Source: an uncultured bacterium
GTDB lineage: Bacteria > Patescibacteriota > Minisyncoccia > Phycocordibacterales > DATDWN01
Direction: 5' to 3'
DNA length: 64,000 nt
NCBI GenBank assembly: GCA_963727715.1
Contig: CAVSGX010000003.1
Coordinates: 157 to 64,156, forward strand
Positions 50,583-59,937 of the stretch are shown here, piece by piece. The notes beneath the pieces were generated by a model. It was not told the DNA's origin, ran no database searches, and saw only the letters and a list, made by a program, of their open reading frames with translations. Both the position numbers and the translations under genes were made by a program. Within the stretch, counting starts at the first letter, position 1. The number at the start of each line of letters is the position of its first letter.

Positions 50583-51761
50583 ATGCGTAACATTGCAGTC
50601 GGCATAGACATCGGCACATACCAAGTCAAAGTGGTAGTGGCCGAACTCATCCAAGAGGGTGAGAAAAAAATTCCGCGCATCATCGGAACAGGTTTTTCCG
50701 AGTCCAAAGGTCTGCGCCACGGCTACATTATAAACGGGGGCGATGTCACTGAGGGTGTTCGTACGGCTATTTCTTTGGCTGAAAAATCTTCCGGTGTCAA
50801 AATCCACAAAGCTTTTTTGGCCATCGGCGGTATCGGACTTTCGGCCATAACAAACACAGCCAGCGTTATGGTCAGCCGAGCCGATCTTGAAGTGACCGAG
50901 CTCGATATGATCAAAGCCTCCGAGCTTTGCGAAGAAAGCATTCCGGCTCCGCTCATTCAAAACCGTCGAGTTTTGCACAGTATCCCCCTTTCTTACAGAG
51001 TTGACGGCAAACCAATCATGTCAAGAACCCCAATCGGCATGAAAGGCGCAAAATTGGAAATCAAAATGCTTTTCATCACCTGCTTTGAGTCACATCTGGC
51101 CGACCTCTTGCAAGCCGTGGAAGATGCCGGTGTGGAAGTGATAGATGTTATGGCTTCGCCTATTGCCGCCAGTTTTGTCACCCTAACCAAATCGCAAAAA
51201 ATGGCCGGCTGTGTTTTGGCCAACATTGGAGCGGAGACAATTTCCATTATTGTTTTTGAGAACAACATTCCTATCTCATTGGAAATTTTCCAAATCGGTT
51301 CTACTGACATAACTAACGACATCGCTTTGGGTTTGAGAATTCCTCTGGAAGAGGCGGAAAATATTAAAATCGGCTCTCTCGGCGGGAATTCCTATTCCAA
51401 GAAAAAATTGGAAGAAATTATTGAAGCTCGCCTGTCCGATATGTTTGAACTCATTGAAAACCATTTGAAAAAAATCAGCCGAAGCGGTCTTTTGCCGGCC
51501 GGCATTTTTATTACAGGTGGCGGGGCCAACATCGGCACCATTGAGGACTTTGCCAAAGTGGCTCTGCGCCTGCCCTCCCGCATTGCTTCCATCAATCTCG
51601 GGGATTCTAAAAGCAGAGTAAAAGATTCAACTTGGGCCGTGGCCTACGGTTTGTGTGTTCTTGGTTTTTCGAACGAAGAAAAAAAAGAACTCGGCGTCAA
51701 AGTTTCTTTAAGTCAAACAAAAGAAAAAATTTTCGGCTGGGTCAAGCAATTTTTGCCCTAG
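50583..51761 (+). CDS. ftsA: Cell division protein FtsA
   Basis: GIDIGTYQVK, SKGLRHG, NIGAET, ITNDIA, TGGGA; upstream of ftsZ. Confidence 0.93.
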   Translation: MRNIAVGIDIGTYQVKVVVAELIQEGEKKIPRIIGTGFSESKGLRHGYIINGGDVTEGVRTAISLAEKSSGVKIHKAFLAIGGIGLSAITNTASVMVSRADLEVTELDMIKASELCEESIPAPLIQNRRVLHSIPLSYRVDGKPIMSRTPIGMKGAKLEIKMLFITCFESHLADLLQAVEDAGVEVIDVMASPIAASFVTLTKSQKMAGCVLANIGAETISIIVFENNIPISLEIFQIGSTDITNDIALGLRIPLEEAENIKIGSLGGNSYSKKKLEEIIEARLSDMFELIENHLKKISRSGLLPAGIFITGGGANIGTIEDFAKVALRLPSRIASINLGDSKSRVKDSTWAVAYGLCVLGFSNEEKKELGVKVSLSQTKEKIFGWVKQFLP

Positions 51762-51789
51762 GTTAAAAAACTTTTTTATATTTTGAAAT

Positions 51790-52128
51790 TTAAAAAGCCG
51801 ACCCATATACATAGGGCCGGCTGGGCTTTAGACCTGCAAAATTGTTTTCGCCCGTGCGCATCTTAATGAAGGCCGATATGGCCGTGCGCCGAACTGTCAC
51901 AATATCAATTTTCTTCTCTTCGGCAACTTCCTGCCAAGAGAAACCCCCAAAGAAGTGCATCTCGACAACCATCTTCTCTTCTGGAGACAGAGTAGCCAGT
52001 AAACGCTGGCACATTTCTTGCGAGCAGACTCTCTGCTCTGTACCGTCTTCACCGACAGCCATGGTCTCCAGTTCCTGTGGCGAAACAAGACCCTGGGCAC
52101 CATGATGGCCGATCTTCCATGGCCACAA
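51790..52128 (-). CDS. Stand-alone sigma-70 region-4-like HTH protein (start uncertain)
   Basis: LATLSPEEKMVVEMHFFGGFSWQEVAE...TVRR...A..KMR. Confidence 0.6.
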   Translation of the reverse strand: MWPWKIGHHGAQGLVSPQELETMAVGEDGTEQRVCSQEMCQRLLATLSPEEKMVVEMHFFGGFSWQEVAEEKKIDIVTVRRTAISAFIKMRTGENNFAGLKPSRPYVYGSAF

Positions 52129-52380
52129 ATCGCCACGGGTTTAACAGATGTTTGGTTTGGAACGAGGAATCCTCAGCTCGGATTTCGTCGCTCCGGTTAT
52201 CATCAAAGAACTGCCTTGTTGCTAGCATTAGCCAGTCCCTTTCTTCCGAAAGAAGTAACTTTTCTAACGTTTATTAAAGCAAATTGGCAAGTCTTTGTCA
52301 ATTGTTTTCTTATCCACAGCTTTCTGATATGATAGGGCGACAAAAAGAAGTCAAATTAATCAACTAATAAATTTACAAAC

Positions 52381-53526
52381 ATGCCACAAATCAAACCGGA
52401 AGTAGAAGCTTTCGCTCGCATCAAGGTTCTTGGCGTCGGCGGCTCTGGCAAGAATGCGCTGAATCACATGATAAATTCCAAAATCAAAGGAGTTGATTTT
52501 ATTGCCATCAATACCGACTCACAGGATCTGCACAACTCACTGTCCAAAAAGAAAATCCACATCGGCAAAAACCTGACTCACGGACTTGGCGCCGGTATGA
52601 ATCCGGAACTTGGTAAAAGAGCTATTGAAGAGACTAAGGAAGAAATACAGGAAGCGGTCAAAGGAGCCGATATGATTTTCATTGCCGGCGGTTTGGGAGG
52701 TGGCACTTGCACCGGCGCCGCGCCGATCATTGCTCGCATTTCAAAAGAGATGGGCGCGCTAACTGTGGCCGTAGTGACCAAGCCATTTTTCTTTGAAGGA
52801 TCACAGCGAATGAAAATAGCCGAAGTCGGGCTGGAAGAATTGCGTCAGGCTGTGGACGCCATTATTGTTATTCCAAACGATCGCCTGCTTTCAACTATCA
52901 CCAAAGAGACGACGGCCAAAAGCGCTTTTGCCATTTGTGATGATGTTCTGAAATCGGCCGTTGAAGGTATTTCCGATCTCATCACTACACCGGGTATCAT
53001 TAACATTGATTTTGCCGACATCAAAGCGGTCATGGCTAACGCCGGTGCGGCTTTGATGGGTATTGGCGTGGCCACGGGCGAAAAAAGAGCCGAGGAAGCG
53101 GCCAGAATGGCCATCAGCTCGCCTCTTTTGGAAGTTTCCATAAACGGAGCCAAGGGTGTGCTGTTTTCCATCGCCGGTGGAGACGATTTGGGTATGTTTG
53201 AAATTCAAGACGCGGCCAAGATTATCACCGAGTCGGTTGATCAGAACGCCAAAATCATTTTTGGAGCAGTACGCGATGATAAGCTGAAAAAGGGCGAGGT
53301 CAAAATTACCGTTATAGCTTCAAACTTTCCGGAAAATTTCACCAAGAAAACGCTTTTTCAAGCCGAACAAATCCAGCCCGGGGGTCAAATGAATGAACGC
53401 AAGGATAAAGAAACGGAAGAAAAAGGCAAAATTTTTAATTCAATCCCGACAACCGATGATAAACTGGACAATGATGAGGAGTGGGGCGCCGTGCCGGCAT
53501 TTCTTCGAAGAAGCAAGATAAAATAA
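52381..53526 (+). CDS. ftsZ: Cell division protein FtsZ
   Basis: GVGGSG, GLGAG, GLGGGTCTG, INIDFAD, C-terminal VPAFLRR. Confidence 0.98.
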   Translation: MPQIKPEVEAFARIKVLGVGGSGKNALNHMINSKIKGVDFIAINTDSQDLHNSLSKKKIHIGKNLTHGLGAGMNPELGKRAIEETKEEIQEAVKGADMIFIAGGLGGGTCTGAAPIIARISKEMGALTVAVVTKPFFFEGSQRMKIAEVGLEELRQAVDAIIVIPNDRLLSTITKETTAKSAFAICDDVLKSAVEGISDLITTPGIINIDFADIKAVMANAGAALMGIGVATGEKRAEEAARMAISSPLLEVSINGAKGVLFSIAGGDDLGMFEIQDAAKIITESVDQNAKIIFGAVRDDKLKKGEVKITVIASNFPENFTKKTLFQAEQIQPGGQMNERKDKETEEKGKIFNSIPTTDDKLDNDEEWGAVPAFLRRSKIK

Positions 53527-53530
53527 AAAA

Positions 53531-53559
53531 ACAAAAGTCACCCGCAAGGGTGATTTTGC
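53531..53559. terminator. Terminator between ftsZ and convergent tRNA-Thr
   Basis: CAAAA(G)TCACCC-GCAA-GGGTGATTTTG. Confidence 0.65.
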
Positions 53560-53577
53560 AAAGCAAATGTTTTGGGG

Positions 53578-53650
53578 AGCCGGCACGAGGGATCGAACCC
53601 CGGACATTTCGCTTACAAAGCGAATGCTCTGCCAACTGAGCTATGCCGGC
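53578..53650 (-). tRNA. tRNA-Thr(TGT)
   Basis: GCCGGCATAGCTCAGTTGGCAGAGCA-TTCGC-TTTGTAA-GCGAA...GGGGTTCGATCCCTCGTGCCGGCT. Confidence 0.95.
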
Positions 53651-53656
53651 AATTAT

Positions 53657-53917
53657 TTAACTAATTTTAATATATCCTTCTTTTATAATTTTTTCAATAT
53701 AATCTTTCCTTTTTAAATGTTTGAGTTTAATTTCTATCCTTCTCGCTTCTTCTAAAGTATCAAACATCTGTGAAAAAACTAAATTCAATTTTCCCATTCT
53801 TTTTGTAGTTTGTGTATGTCCAGAATTATGTTGACTAAATCTCCTCTTTACATCATTAGTGCTTCCTATATAAAATCTATGATTGGAATTCTCCAATATA
53901 TAAACATATCCTTTCAT
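53657..53917 (-). CDS. Stand-alone GIY-YIG nuclease
   Basis: YVYIL...FYIGSTN...RR...HN.G...T...EARRIE..LK; very AT-rich. Confidence 0.92.
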   Translation of the reverse strand: MKGYVYILENSNHRFYIGSTNDVKRRFSQHNSGHTQTTKRMGKLNLVFSQMFDTLEEARRIEIKLKHLKRKDYIEKIIKEGYIKIS

Positions 53918-53922
53918 TTTTT

Positions 53923-53999
53923 TCTACCAAAGCCGACGCTTCGGTCGGCTCTCCGACATCCGACTTCATGTCGGATCGTCGGAGCTGAGCTAAGATGGC
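53923..53999 (-). pseudogene. tRNA 5'-half relic interrupted by a double palindrome
   Basis: GCCATCTTAGCTCAGCT-[54-nt two-hairpin insert]-GGTAGA directly before the GIY-YIG start. Confidence 0.55.
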
Positions 54000-54018
54000 G
54001 CGTGGCTAAGGGGGCGAT

Positions 54019-54396
54019 TTAAATTTTGTTATGCGAAGTATCCGGCTTGTCGCTGATGTTTTGCAGAAAAGCCGAGACGGAACCGCCCTCGCGAAGCATC
54101 CTTTTACCGCGAAATTGATTATTGGTGCTGTAATAATACTTGGCCAAATAATCTTTCAGCTTGACTAAAAGTTTGTAAATATAGGATGGCAAAAAATCAA
54201 AGAAAAATATATGGACGATTTTACGTTGGCGATGATAATTGTAGATCATCCGACCGATCCAGATATGAATCTGTTTGTCGGCTTTTGTATAGACTTCAGC
54301 CAAAATGTTTATCCTGCGAACTTTGATTTCCCAAACCTTTGAGGCCAGCATAACAAACAAAACAATCAAAGATACGACAAATAGTATAAATATCAT
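54019..54396 (-). CDS. Hypothetical membrane-anchored protein
   Basis: N-terminal TM; C-terminal GSVSAFL motif. Confidence 0.65.
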   Translation of the reverse strand: MIFILFVVSLIVLFVMLASKVWEIKVRRINILAEVYTKADKQIHIWIGRMIYNYHRQRKIVHIFFFDFLPSYIYKLLVKLKDYLAKYYYSTNNQFRGKRMLREGGSVSAFLQNISDKPDTSHNKI

Positions 54397-54416
54397 AAAA
54401 TTTGAGTTAAGAGAAT

Positions 54417-55019
54417 TTAGAGTGAATACCGCACAAAACGCGACAACTCTATTTTCTCACCGAATTTCTGGATGGCAGACTCGATCAGCTGGCGAATAGT
54501 TAATTCTGGGTTTTTAATAAATGCTTGTTCCAATAATACTCGTTCGCTCCAGTAAGCGTCTAGCTTGCCGGCCAAAATCTTGGTTTTGATCTCTTCCGGC
54601 TTGCTTGCCCCTTTGCCGTCGGGGCCTCCCACTTCTTTGGCGAACATTTCCTCGGCCATTTCGGCTGACTTTTTATCAATATCCTCTCTCTTCAAAAATT
54701 GAGGATTAGTGGCCGAAATGTGCATGGCGATATCGTAGGCCAGCTTTTTGAACTCCTCGTTGCCAGCCACGAAGTCCGTCTCACACAACAATTCTACCAT
54801 AGTTCCGACTTTATGGGTATTGTGAATGTAAGCTTCCACCACGCCAGCCCCCAGAGTTCGTCCTTGTTTCTTTTCAGCAAAACCGGCGCTTTTCTTGAGC
54901 AAAACCAAAACAGCCTTTTCCACATCACCACCGGTTTCCTCCAATGCCTTTTTGCATTGCATGACCGAGACGCCTGTTTTATCGCGCAATTGTTTGATTG
55001 TGTCAGTAGTTATCTCCAT
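54417..55019 (-). CDS. tsf: Elongation factor Ts (short form)
   Basis: IKQLRDKTG...CKKAL, ELLCETDFVA, LLEQAFIK. Confidence 0.96.
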   Translation of the reverse strand: MEITTDTIKQLRDKTGVSVMQCKKALEETGGDVEKAVLVLLKKSAGFAEKKQGRTLGAGVVEAYIHNTHKVGTMVELLCETDFVAGNEEFKKLAYDIAMHISATNPQFLKREDIDKKSAEMAEEMFAKEVGGPDGKGASKPEEIKTKILAGKLDAYWSERVLLEQAFIKNPELTIRQLIESAIQKFGEKIELSRFVRYSL

Positions 55020-55031
55020 TTTTTTGAATTT

Positions 55032-55754
55032 TTATTTTATAGCCTCTTTCTTTCCAGCTTCGTAAGCCTCAGCAATTTTTTTCAAAAAGAATTCAATGCT
55101 GGCTTTGGACGAGTCGTTGGCTGGGATCGGGTAATCCACTTCGTCAAAATTGTTGTCTGTGCCACAGATGGCGATAATCGGAATTTTCAAGCGTCTGGCT
55201 TCGCGAGCGGCCGTTATTTCCCTTTTGGCATCTACGATAAAAACAACTTGGGGAGGACGCTTCATTGAAGTGATGCCGGAAAAGAATTTTTTGAGCTTCT
55301 CAATCTCCCGATCAATCAAAAGTCTTTCTTTTTTAGTGTATTTTGCCAACTCACCCTTTTCCTTTTGGTTTTGCAGGTCTTCAAATTTCTCCACTCGTTT
55401 GCGAATTTCCGGAAAATTGGTCAAGGTCCCACCGATAAAACGGCCTGACACAAACGGCTGACCGATGCTTTCGGCCACTTTTGTCACTACCGGTGCGGCT
55501 TCGTTTTTGCCACCGACAAAAAGAATTGTACCATTCTTGCTTGCCAAAGTCTTAACGAAATCCACAGCTTTGGCCAGTTGTTCGCCTGTTTTTTCCAAAT
55601 CAAAAATCTCAATTTTGTTTTTGATGCCAAAAATAAACGACTCGGCCGAAGGATGGCGACGACTTTTGACGAAACCGAACTGGGCTCCGACCGAGGCCAT
55701 CTCTTCAATTTGGGCATCTGTCACATTATTTTGGACGGAATCATTTGTAGTCAT
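55032..55754 (-). CDS. rpsB: 30S ribosomal protein S2
   Basis: GAQFG, IFDLEKT, RFIGGTLTNF, PIPANDSS; upstream of tsf. Confidence 0.96.
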   Translation of the reverse strand: MTTNDSVQNNVTDAQIEEMASVGAQFGFVKSRRHPSAESFIFGIKNKIEIFDLEKTGEQLAKAVDFVKTLASKNGTILFVGGKNEAAPVVTKVAESIGQPFVSGRFIGGTLTNFPEIRKRVEKFEDLQNQKEKGELAKYTKKERLLIDREIEKLKKFFSGITSMKRPPQVVFIVDAKREITAAREARRLKIPIIAICGTDNNFDEVDYPIPANDSSKASIEFFLKKIAEAYEAGKKEAIK

Positions 55755-55843
55755 ATCTCGGAAGTTTAGCAAAAATAGAAATAAAATGCAACAGAAAAAC
55801 CGCCGACCATGGCCGGACAGTTTCCTGCCCGCCGTAGTGGCGG

Positions 55844-57073
55844 TTAATGGCAGTCGGGTTTGACAAATATTGTAGTTGACGATAACCCTTCTGTCACAAC
55901 ATTAAAAGCGTTGGTTCTAGTTTCGAGAATGATGATTTTAACCTTATCACCAATCACCGGCATCTTGAGAGTCGCGCCGGGGCAACCACTGACGTCTAAG
56001 TAGACCAGGTGGTTGAGAGAATGGAATTCACCTGGCCGATGCGCCTGCGCCACATATAATGACACAGTACCATCAACCGGCTCAAAACTTGATGCCATTA
56101 TCCACTCTTCTTCCCCTTCCGTCAATTTGCCATTCCAGTTTTGCATTGCCTCAATAATCGGCTCAATGTTGCCGGCTAGAATTTTCTCAATATTGTGCCA
56201 AGATTGTTTCAAGCGGTGGTCGGTGATGCGGTCTTGTAAAATGTTGTATGTGCGGATTTTCTCCGAGCGGTCAGCCGTGCCGACTTGCTGTTTTCTGTCG
56301 GCTGAGTATTTGGCTGATTCCTCGGCTTCTTTTTTTTCTTCAAGCTTGGCAATCAAAATGCTCATAGCCGCTTCTCGGTTTTTCAGCTGGCTTCGCTGGG
56401 CTGTGGAACGAACATCAATGCCGGTCGGTTTGTGAATAATGCGCACAGCCGTTTCCACTTTGTTGACATTCTGCCCGCCTGCCCCGCCGGAACGAGAAGT
56501 TTCTATTTCCAAATCGTTTGGAGAAATGACAATGGAAGTTTTTTTACGCACCGGAAGGACGGCCACCGTGGCGGTGGAAGTGTGCACCCTGCCGATTTTC
56601 TCAGTGGCCGGCACGCGCTGGACGCGATGCACGCCCGTTTCAAATCGCAATTCTTTGTAAACATCTTTGCCACGAATTTCAAACGAGGCCTCTTTATACC
56701 CGCCCACAGAAGAGAGCGACTCGTCTATTTTGCTGACAGACCAACCGCGATTTGTGGCGTAGTTTGTGTACATTTCAGCAAGCTCGTGGGCAAAAAGCGA
56801 AGCCTCCTCACCACCGGCGCCGGCACGCACTTCCAAAATAATTTCGTTCGGAAACTCTTCCTCTTTTTCTTCTTCGCGAGTGATATTTTCCATCTGTGAC
56901 CACAGGGCGTCTTTTTGCAATTTCAAATCTTCCAATTCGCCCTTGGCCAGCTCGGCCATAGCAGGATCGCCGTCCAGCATTTTTTGCGTTTCAGATTGCT
57001 GAATTTCCATTTTTTTATATTCGCCGGCCAGATAGGCCGTCTTCGGGTTTTGTAAGAATTTTTCTAAATCCAT
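55844..57073 (-). CDS. prfA: Peptide chain release factor 1, in frame with an ~84-aa orphan ORF (start MDLEKFL)
   Basis: [23 protein letters not shown] (PxT), [19 protein letters not shown]. Confidence 0.93.
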   Translation of the reverse strand: MDLEKFLQNPKTAYLAGEYKKMEIQQSETQKMLDGDPAMAELAKGELEDLKLQKDALWSQMENITREEEKEEEFPNEIILEVRAGAGGEEASLFAHELAEMYTNYATNRGWSVSKIDESLSSVGGYKEASFEIRGKDVYKELRFETGVHRVQRVPATEKIGRVHTSTATVAVLPVRKKTSIVISPNDLEIETSRSGGAGGQNVNKVETAVRIIHKPTGIDVRSTAQRSQLKNREAAMSILIAKLEEKKEAEESAKYSADRKQQVGTADRSEKIRTYNILQDRITDHRLKQSWHNIEKILAGNIEPIIEAMQNWNGKLTEGEEEWIMASSFEPVDGTVSLYVAQAHRPGEFHSLNHLVYLDVSGCPGATLKMPVIGDKVKIIILETRTNAFNVVTEGLSSTTIFVKPDCH

Positions 57074-57137
57074 AATCAGATAATAGCAGAAAAAATCGCT
57101 TTTGAGAATAAAAAATAGCAACCCTTGCGGGGTCGCT

Positions 57138-57356
57138 TTACTTGCATATTAATTGACGACCCAACTTGTCACCAAGAGCGGTGATTCTAGAATGCAATTG
57201 TTCAAGTTCAGTAGTCAATTTTTCTACTTCTTCCAATCTACCGGCTTTTTGCGCTTCCAATAATTGTCTAGAGAGTTTGAAAGACTCTCCGTGCATAGTG
57301 TTGAATCTATGACATTCGGAACAATGACAAGCCGGACCATGTTTTGTGATGGACAT
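57138..57356 (-). CDS. Small hypothetical protein with H...CxCxxC and coiled coil
   Basis: TTGACT-N16-TAGTCT promoter, GAGG SD, terminator after stop. Confidence 0.55.
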   Translation of the reverse strand: MSITKHGPACHCSECHRFNTMHGESFKLSRQLLEAQKAGRLEEVEKLTTELEQLHSRITALGDKLGRQLICK

Positions 57357-57407
57357 ATTTGTGCCTCTAACATTAGACTAGCGCCATTTTTTGAAAAGTC
57401 AATAGGA

Positions 57408-57680
57408 TTATTTTTTCACCACTTTCTTTGTAGCTTTAGCTTGTTTGGCTTTGAACCTCTCAACTCGCCCGGTGGCGTCAAGAATTTTATCGTTGCCGGT
57501 GTAAAAAGGATGCGAAGCGCTGGAAGTTTCAATGTGAAAAACCGGGTATTCTTTGCCATCGGCTTTGGCTTTAGCCGTTTCTTTGGTTGCCACAGTTGAA
57601 GAAATTAAAAATTGCGCGCCATTGGAGTTGTCGATAAATAAAACTTTTCTGTAATCTTTCGGGTGTATATCTTTTTTCAT
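57408..57680 (-). CDS. rpmE2: 50S ribosomal protein L31 type B
   Basis: MKKDIHP.DY, SSASHPFYTG, GRVERF. Confidence 0.95.
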   Translation of the reverse strand: MKKDIHPKDYRKVLFIDNSNGAQFLISSTVATKETAKAKADGKEYPVFHIETSSASHPFYTGNDKILDATGRVERFKAKQAKATKKVVKK

Positions 57681-57727
57681 TGTCCGGTTATCCTATCAAA
57701 TTGTCTTGATTTTGGCAAATTTCATAA

Positions 57728-58990
57728 TTATAAATTCGCCAATGGGTCGATCATTGTTGTCTGGATTGAGGAGGCGCGAGCCATGACTTGGTTGCCGTAA
57801 AAAGCATTGGCCGCGCGTCTCCAATTGGCGCCGGCGTAATATTTCAAAGCGGCGTTTCTTTCGGCTGTATATCCTCCGCCGGAAGCACCGAGCTCGGAAA
57901 GGTAGATGGCCGAGGCCATAAACGCGTCTTCCGGATTCCACGGGCTGACTGTACTGCGACCGACCGCCGCTTCGATTTTTGGTTCGTAAAGTTCCCATGT
58001 AGTCGGAATAAACTGGGCAGGTCCCATCGCTCCGCCCCAACCGGTACCGCCAATCGGGCAAGACAATGGCATTGTGTCAGGGTTTAGTCCCAAAGCCGAA
58101 GTGATACGCAGGTAAGCGCTCTGGTCGTCGCGACTGGAGCCACTGTTCGGACCGGGCATAATATTTTTCCAACTTTTGCTCGGCGGATCACCCGACCGGT
58201 TGCAAGTGCCGACATTTTTGCCGAGATTGCTCTCCTGGGTCAAGATGGCCAAAAGAAAAGCGGGGTCAACACCTGTTTTGGTTTGAGCTTCCTGCGCAAA
58301 TTTCAAAGCGTCGCCGAAAGGAATGGCTGCCGTGTCGCGCAAAGAGAAAAGAGCCGCACGAATCTTGGCCGCCGCCGCTTCTCTTTCATTCAAAACTTGC
58401 TGGTAAGTTTTTTCCTGTTTTTTGTTTATAGTTATCAGATACTCCTTTTGTTTTTCTTCGCTTTGAACCTGCTGTTGTTGAAGTTGCATGGCCATTTTAG
58501 TGTCCGTTTCCTTATCTTTCTGCGTGCTTAAATCAGCTTTGGCTTGTTCAACCAATGTTTCGTTAGCCAAAATTTTAGCGAACAAATCGGCCAGAGATTT
58601 TTTAATCATATAAAAATAATCAATATCGGAAAAAAAGTCAGATAAGTTTTGACCACTTAAAAAAACTTCCGGCAAAGAGGTATCGTCCAACTGCTGTTCC
58701 TGGCGCAAAATCTGGGCCAGCGATTCGTGCCCGCTTTCTATTTGGTTTTCCAGGTCACCAATAACCTGGTTTTTTTGGTCAATGCTGGACTGCAGTTGCT
58801 GGATAGCGATGTTTTTTTGTTTGATAAAATCTTGAGCTTGTTTTATTTTGGCATTCAAAATGGAGGCGTCGCGCTGGAGAGAAGCTGTGCCGGCTTTGGT
58901 TGTGTCCAAAATGCTCTGCCACTTGGCTATGTCGGCTTCTGTTTGAACTAGCTCGGCCTGCCACTCGGCTTCCTGCTCGGCCGGAGTCAA
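57728..58990 (-). CDS. Coiled-coil protein with C-terminal lytic transglycosylase domain (N-terminus probably frameshifted, start ~59118)
   Basis: AILTQESNLG, GGAMGPAQFIPTTW, SPWNPEDA...YL. Confidence 0.85.
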   Translation of the reverse strand: MTPAEQEAEWQAELVQTEADIAKWQSILDTTKAGTASLQRDASILNAKIKQAQDFIKQKNIAIQQLQSSIDQKNQVIGDLENQIESGHESLAQILRQEQQLDDTSLPEVFLSGQNLSDFFSDIDYFYMIKKSLADLFAKILANETLVEQAKADLSTQKDKETDTKMAMQLQQQQVQSEEKQKEYLITINKKQEKTYQQVLNEREAAAAKIRAALFSLRDTAAIPFGDALKFAQEAQTKTGVDPAFLLAILTQESNLGKNVGTCNRSGDPPSKSWKNIMPGPNSGSSRDDQSAYLRITSALGLNPDTMPLSCPIGGTGWGGAMGPAQFIPTTWELYEPKIEAAVGRSTVSPWNPEDAFMASAIYLSELGASGGGYTAERNAALKYYAGANWRRAANAFYGNQVMARASSIQTTMIDPLANL

Positions 58991-59252
58991 TTTGGGCGTA
59001 GTTGTGGCTATATCTGTTTGGAGCGCGAAATATGCCCAGGTAAAGAAAAAACAAATGAAATAATCAAAAAAAGAAAAATTGAAATGGATTTTTTCTTAAA
59101 AAAATAAATATTGGTCATACAAAACGGACAAATTTTTAATTAACCTAATTATACTAATTAAACTAAATAAATCCTAATAACTAAAAAATAAACAAAAAAT
59201 ACCCAATTGGACATTGAGTATTATTTAAAAATTAGAATAATTAGAAATTAGG

Positions 59253-59897
59253 TTAATTTTTTTCTGCTGTTTCTTCCTCTTTCTTGCCCTTCTTTTCAAC
59301 TTCAATAGTTGACAAATCGACAGGTTCAGCTGGTGTTGGAACCTCTTCGGCTTTCGGTTCTTCCACGGCGACCACAACTTCTTCCGGTTTTTCAATAAGA
59401 ATTACTCCGTCCGGCAAAAATATGTCAGAAGCCACAATTTGGTCTTCAAAAGTCGCCAATGTGGAGATGTCCACGGAAATAGAATGTGGAATATGTTGCG
59501 GGTCGGCCGAAATTTTCAATTCGCGCAAGACTTTCAGAAGGTTGCCTCCTAAATCTTTGACTGCTGGCGAAACACCGACGAACTCAAGCGGGACATCCAC
59601 CTCTATTTTCTTGCCCTTTTCAAAAGCGTAGAAATCAACATGTTCCGGTTTGTCCGTGGCGGGGTTCCAAGAAATATCGTGAATGAGGACATCAAAACTT
59701 CCGACTATGCCTTTCAAGTTAACCACACCGGACTCGCCCGCTTCCTTCCAAACTTTCAAAAATTCTTTTTCTGAAATGGTGATTGGACGTTGAAGGAGTT
59801 TTCTTGCCATAAACCACCGCCGGCAAAAAACCACTCTTTAGCGAAGCGCGGAGTTCTCCACGGATTTGTCTCGGTTTTTTATTTCCAATGTTGTCAT
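59253..59897 (-). CDS. rplY: 50S ribosomal protein L25/Ctc (frameshifted near 5' end)
   Basis: GFLPAVVYG in one frame; HVDFY, VPLEFVGVSPAVK.GG, IP..I.VDIS.L in the next. Confidence 0.9.
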
Positions 59898-59937
59898 ATT
59901 CGGGAATGGTATCAGACTTCACCGAAAAAATCAAATT

